Source of the DNA: the human T2T-CHM13v2.0 reference genome, Homo sapiens
Direction: 5' to 3' (one strand)
NCBI RefSeq assembly: GCF_009914755.1
Contig: NC_060926.1
DNA length: 64,000 nucleotides
Of the stretch, positions 58,021 through 64,000 are shown one piece after another. The translations under genes were made by a program, and so were the position numbers. Position 1 is the first letter of the stretch. Each line of letters starts with the position of its first letter. The notes under the pieces were generated by a model. The model did not search any database and was not told where the DNA came from. It was given only the letters and a program-made list of their open reading frames with translations.

Positions 58021-58320
58021 GGCCAGTCGCGGTGGCTCACGCCTGTAATCCTAGCACTTTGGGAGGCCGAGGCAGGCGAATCACCTGAGGTCAGAAGTTC
58101 GAGACCAGCCTGGCCAACATGGTAAAATCCCATCTCTACTAAAAATACAAAAATTAGCCGGGCATTCTGGTGTGTGCCTGTAATCCCAGGCTGAAGCAGG
58201 AGAATCACTTGAAGCTGGGAGGCGGAGGTTGCAGTGAGCCAAGATTGATTGTGCCACTAAACTCTAGCCTGGGTGACAAAGCGAGACTCCGTCTCAAAAA
58301 CAAACAACAACAACAACAAA
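58021..58320 (+). mobile_element. Alu (S-type) within a hAT-like element (~57790-58630)
   Basis: Alu consensus flanked by tcatttatactc duplications. Confidence 0.88.
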
Positions 58321-59174
58321 AATATATATATATGTCATTTATACTCATCACTACTTGAAAATTACTGCAGTTGTTAGGCCTGCTACTATGTCATATTACA
58401 TAATGCATTTATAAAGAAGCACATATATTATTATAAGTCAAAATTATTAATACTTTGATAACTGTATTTTAACATAATTGGTTTTCTTTGTAATCCTGTG
58501 TTTTATTTAATGCATTATAAAGCCTTATTCTTTCTGCATTAGTTTGCTAAAAAAAATTAAAAAGTTAAAAATCTTACTTTAAAAAGGGGCACATAGGCTT
58601 CACCAGACTGCCAAAGGGTTTCATTGCAAAAAGTAGGTCAAGACTCCCTGCACGTGAAGAGTGGACGATTTGAGAGCTGTGTAGAAGGTCAGTGTGGCAT
58701 GACCGAAAGGTGAATGGGCGCACCCAGATGAAGGGAAAGAAGGTGCCTGGGAGAGTTTCTAGAGGTCTGGTTTATGCAAGTGGATGAGCAGTGGCGCCTT
58801 CAATCAAGGAAGAAAACACTAGAAGAAGAAGACCATAAGAACATCTATGGGTAAAGCACAAGGGCTTTCGTCACTGGGCTCTGGGCATCTCATTTGGTCA
58901 TTTTTTTCCCCTCACTTTCTGGTTCTCAGCCAAATTGTAGATAGTTGAGAAATATTGGGAAGTCGGATGTCACCATGAACAGATACATACACATATAAAC
59001 AGAAATCATTATCAAGAAAATTACAGGTTTCTAGTCACAATTTCCAGTTACAAGGTATTTTTTAATATTTACAAATGAAACCATTATCCAAAAGCTGCCT
59101 TTTCCTCTCTAGTACAAGATTGCTTCCCAAGGGACTGCATTTCTTTTCCTAGAGGACACCAGTTTTCATTAAAA

Positions 59175-59325
59175 CCTTGAAGGAAGCAATGGATGTCATC
59201 GCCCCAAGTCTTCGTTTACTAGGTCCCGATCTCCATTCTATTTATTCAAGACTACCACAGCTCCTTCAAAAAATCAGAAACATCAACCCAAATATCCTCA
59301 TTATTTCTGTTTCTACACAAGAGCA
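59175..59325 (-). pseudogene. Dynein pseudogene exon remnant (tail, early)
   Basis: LCRNRNNEDIW resembles VLSNKNNHKSW; downstream T.LLPS resembles KTLLPLP. Multiple stops. Confidence 0.4.
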
Positions 59326-59419
59326 ACATATTGACTTTGCCAAAACAATTAAATTTAAGCCATGAGTCACCAGCCAAACAGTCCCCTTGGTGACTTCATC
59401 CAAGCCTTCCTCCTGCCAG

Positions 59420-59745
59420 CTGTCCCTCCTGCATCTGTCGAGTCCTGGGCAGGGGAAGGGCTGCAAACAAGACAGATTAAATTCTGTGATATGTCTTCAT
59501 TTTTGTTGCCTTAGAATTTGTGGAAACCTTCTAAACACAAATTGATTCCAAATCAAGTTTTGAATATCGGAGTCAGGGAAATGAACTATTGATTTGCCCT
59601 TGGCTCTGCAGAACTCAATCAGAATTTTCTCATTTTCTGCTGTTTTTTTCCTTTTACCTGTGGAAGGAACACTTCGGGCAAGAACCAATTCCAAGGCTGG
59701 TAGATGATGTTTGAGAAATAGTGGCTCTCCTCACCCCTGTCATTC
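59420..59745 (-). pseudogene. Dynein pseudogene, N-terminal exon remnant
   Basis: ORF 59497-59694 contains AENEKILIEF...RRFPQILRQ, resembling the DNAH17 N-terminus AEENVALFTEF...GFPQSLKSK. Another frame gives NEDISQNL..SPSP, resembling SENINKDN..SPTP. Confidence 0.55.
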
Positions 59746-61653
59746 TCAGGTGTCGATGCACATGTGTTGGCATTTTAACTTTTACAAATTTTTTTCTATT
59801 TATTTTCTTTTACCCACTCACCAGGCCCTAACTCCCTCCTACAGAAAAATCCTAAAGATATTAAAACCATAGGAGATTTTCTTTTTAATATACCCCATCA
59901 AGAACTATGATTTACACTATGCTGAGTGAAATCCATTTCAGATGTCCTGCTTCAAGTTTCTAGAATTTAATACAAACTTAAATATCTTATTGGATTAATG
60001 CATCCATTCAGTGTTCTGCTGTTACTTTGATCATGTACTCAGACAAAAAAATTTTCTTCAAAGGAATTACTACTATAAATAGGCTGCTTTGTGAGAGAGC
60101 CAGTTCTGCTACATACTAGAAAACATTTCAACAAAAACATTTGTATCAAACTGGTTGGTTTTTAAAGAACTTTTCCAGATTAAAGTCAGCCTGGCAGACT
60201 GGACTGCTTAGCAGTTGGACAAATTTAGCCAGGCTGCTAGACACATTTCTCAAACTTTTTCTAATTTCCTGTTACGTAAGTAATATACAGTGAACGTCAA
60301 AGTAGGAGAGAGGAAAAATAATACAGCATCCTTATAAATATCTACCTCACATACACAATGCAATCTACATTCTGGGATACAGAAGGCACATTTGCTCAAC
60401 TTGTTTAGTTAACAAAGCAAAACAAAATCTTCGTATGTTAAAACTTGATCAATGGTTAGCTGCAAAGCTTCAAAACCCAAACCAGCAAAAAAGAAAAAAC
60501 AAAAATTACTGGCTGATACCTGGTTACAGGAAGAGGAGAGCCTCATGCATAACTGCAACCAGGGCCTCTAACCCTGTCAAGGAGCTCTCTCCCTTTCTCT
60601 CATCCTTTGTCCTCTCTGCTTCTCTCTGCGGGCTGGCTTCATTCTTGCAGATCACCTTTATCTACCCAAGGCTACAATCAGAGCTACTTCTAAGTCATAT
60701 TTTCTCAGCATCAAGACAAGAAAGTAAAGAAACTCTTCTCCTCTGCTACCAACTTCTGTTTTTTAAAAATGGCAAGGAACGACTCTGCTGGGTCTAGTTT
60801 AGGATACATGCCCCTTCTCAGAGCAATCATTGTTGCCTAAGAATATGGTGGTATAATTGGCTTGCCCATGCCAACCTCACACCCAGCAACAATCACAACA
60901 CCAGGGAGTCAAGGTCAAATTTTAAAGTGCAACTCCCTTTTGCATCCTGTATTAGACCAGCAGTTTCCCAAAACAGTCTCAGAAGGAAGGGAGAGAGCTT
61001 AGCAAACAAAACAATAAATGCTCACCCTAGGTATGTGGCAATCATAACTCTACAGTTTCTACCAGGTAAGATTTTGCCCTGGTTTGACATTTAAGATACC
61101 AGAGAGCAACTTAAATTACTTTATATCAAAGATGTTGTTTCTCTAATATAAAATTATAATTGTGTGAATTGTTAGCAATGATTCAACATGAAAAGAAATA
61201 ATTTTATAGTGACATTAAGTAAATATATTTTCTCCATTTCTAGTATTCTCTGATATTCAAGTACTAGGTCTTTCTGGACATAAAACATTGAAGTGTCTTT
61301 TCTTCTCTCTCTCTCTTCACTTACAATAGGCTACACTAATAATTTTAGAGAGCCATGAATGATCTTTCCACATAATAATAAATGTTCTAGAATTGTTCTA
61401 ATTCAGCAATATCAGCAGTGTCCAAAAGCTAAGTGAAAATACCATAAACATTGAGTGGAGATGGCCATTTCCTTCATCACATATGCATAACTGTGCAATC
61501 CTAGGAGCCAATAGAAAGGCAGCTTTTCCACTCAGTGTTGGGTACCACAGGCAGTTGACCAGAGGAGCTGGAGGCTAGCCCAGCGCCACCACTAACAGTG
61601 TTGCTGTCACTACTCAGGACCATCGTTTCCTTGCCTGTAAAAATGATGGGACT

Positions 61654-61987
<334 letters not shown>

Positions 61988-62058
61988 TTAAAGTTCTAAG
62001 CTATTAAAATTCCAGTAAAGATTATTGCTAATTTTCACTTTAAAAAATTAGAATTCTA

Positions 62059-62373
62059 GGCCAGGCGCAGTGGCTCACGCCTGTAATCCCAGCACTTTGG
62101 GAGGCCGAGGTGGGCAGATCACAAGGTCAGGAGATCGAGACCATCCTGGCTAACATGGTGAAACTCTGTCTCTACTAAAAATACAAAAACAAAATTAGCC
62201 GGGTGTGGTGGTGGGCACCTGTAGTCCCAGCTACTCAGGAGGTTGAGGTGGGAGAATGGCATGAACCCAGGAGGCGGAGCTTGCAGTGAGCCAAGATCAT
62301 GCCACTGCGCTCCAGCCTGAGCGACAGAGCGAGACTCTATCTAAAAAATAAAAAAATTTAAAAAATAAAAATA
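62059..62373 (+). mobile_element. AluY/Sc-like
   Basis: TSD aaaaattagaattcta. Confidence 0.92.
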
Positions 62374-62428
62374 AAAAATTAGAATTCTAACAGAAAAGAA
62401 TGACATAGTTGTGACATAAAAGAGCATT

Positions 62429-62570
62429 TGCCAGGTGCCAGTGGCTCATGTGTGTAATCCCAACACTTTGGGAGGCCGAGGCGGGTGGATCACATAAGGC
62501 CAGGAGTTAGAGACCAGCCTGGGCAAGATCTCTTCCCAATTTTTAAAAAATAAATAAAAGAAAAAAAATA
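62429..62570 (+). mobile_element. Alu left monomer
   Basis: Single arm plus A tail. Confidence 0.8.
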
Positions 62571-63286
62571 AAAGGGCCGTTTTATTTTAATCTCTTAACA
62601 TACAGCTAGTTGTCAGTCTCTTGCTCATTAAATGCTTACATGGCCCCTTGCCACCTTCGGGGCTGGGTGTCAGGGATACAGATGAGCAAGCACGTTGCAG
62701 TCCAAGAGCTGTGGAGGGGAGACAGCGTGTAAACAGATCATGAAAGTGCAATGTCAAAAGCATTCTAAGAAGGTAGTAGGCAAAGAACCCAGCGGGGAGG
62801 TGGCGAACCCTCCCCCACGATGACCTAACCGAGGAGGGTACATTCAAGATGAGCCTAGAGAATCTGTATAGTTAGCCAAGTGTGAAGGAAGAAAATCTGG
62901 GCAAGGGAGGAAGCATGTGCCAAAGGAGCTCAGCAGGTTCTGAGAAAGGAAGTCTGGTCAGAGTGGGACAGGTGTGGGGCAGAGATGAACGGTGAGGCCA
63001 AGGGACTTTCTCCTGTTGACAGAGAGAGCCGCTGAAGGGCCTCCCACAGGAGCTGGGCACACACAGACCTGCCTCCTAGAAAGTGCCCTGGCAGCAGTGC
63101 AGAATGTGGATCAAGGGAAGAGTGGCCAAAGGCAGAGACAGTCAGCCATCACAAAGCTCCTATATTCATTGAATGAGCTGATGAGGATCTGGGTTAAGGC
63201 AGTGGCAGGAGCAAGGGAAGAGAGGGCAGGGGCTGCTGAAGGAGGAGAAGGTTTTCTGCGGCCCATTAACTGAATTACATTTATCA

Positions 63287-64000
<714 letters not shown>

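Overview
Primate (human-like) nuclear genomic DNA with no intact protein-coding gene. It is rich in interspersed repeats: about 25 Alu copies of J/S/Y type, MIR, L2, old L1, MaLR/ERVL/ERV1 solo LTRs, hAT/Tigger/mariner DNA elements and microsatellites. Most ORFs in the track are repeat-derived or chance. The main discovery lies in the unique DNA between the repeats: a heavily decayed, intron-containing fossil gene on the minus strand for an axonemal outer-arm beta-type dynein heavy chain (DNAH9/DNAH11/DNAH17 family). About 20 exon remnants of varying confidence run collinearly from the N-terminus (~59.7 kb) through the tail and linker to the AAA1 P-loop (~1.8 kb) and off the left edge. Several keep AG/GT splice sites and reading phase but carry stops, frameshifts and transposon insertions. 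My hypothesis is a unitary pseudogene of a lost fourth paralogue. All protein comparisons are by eye against remembered DNAH sequences, repeat subfamily names are best guesses, and both need computational confirmation.
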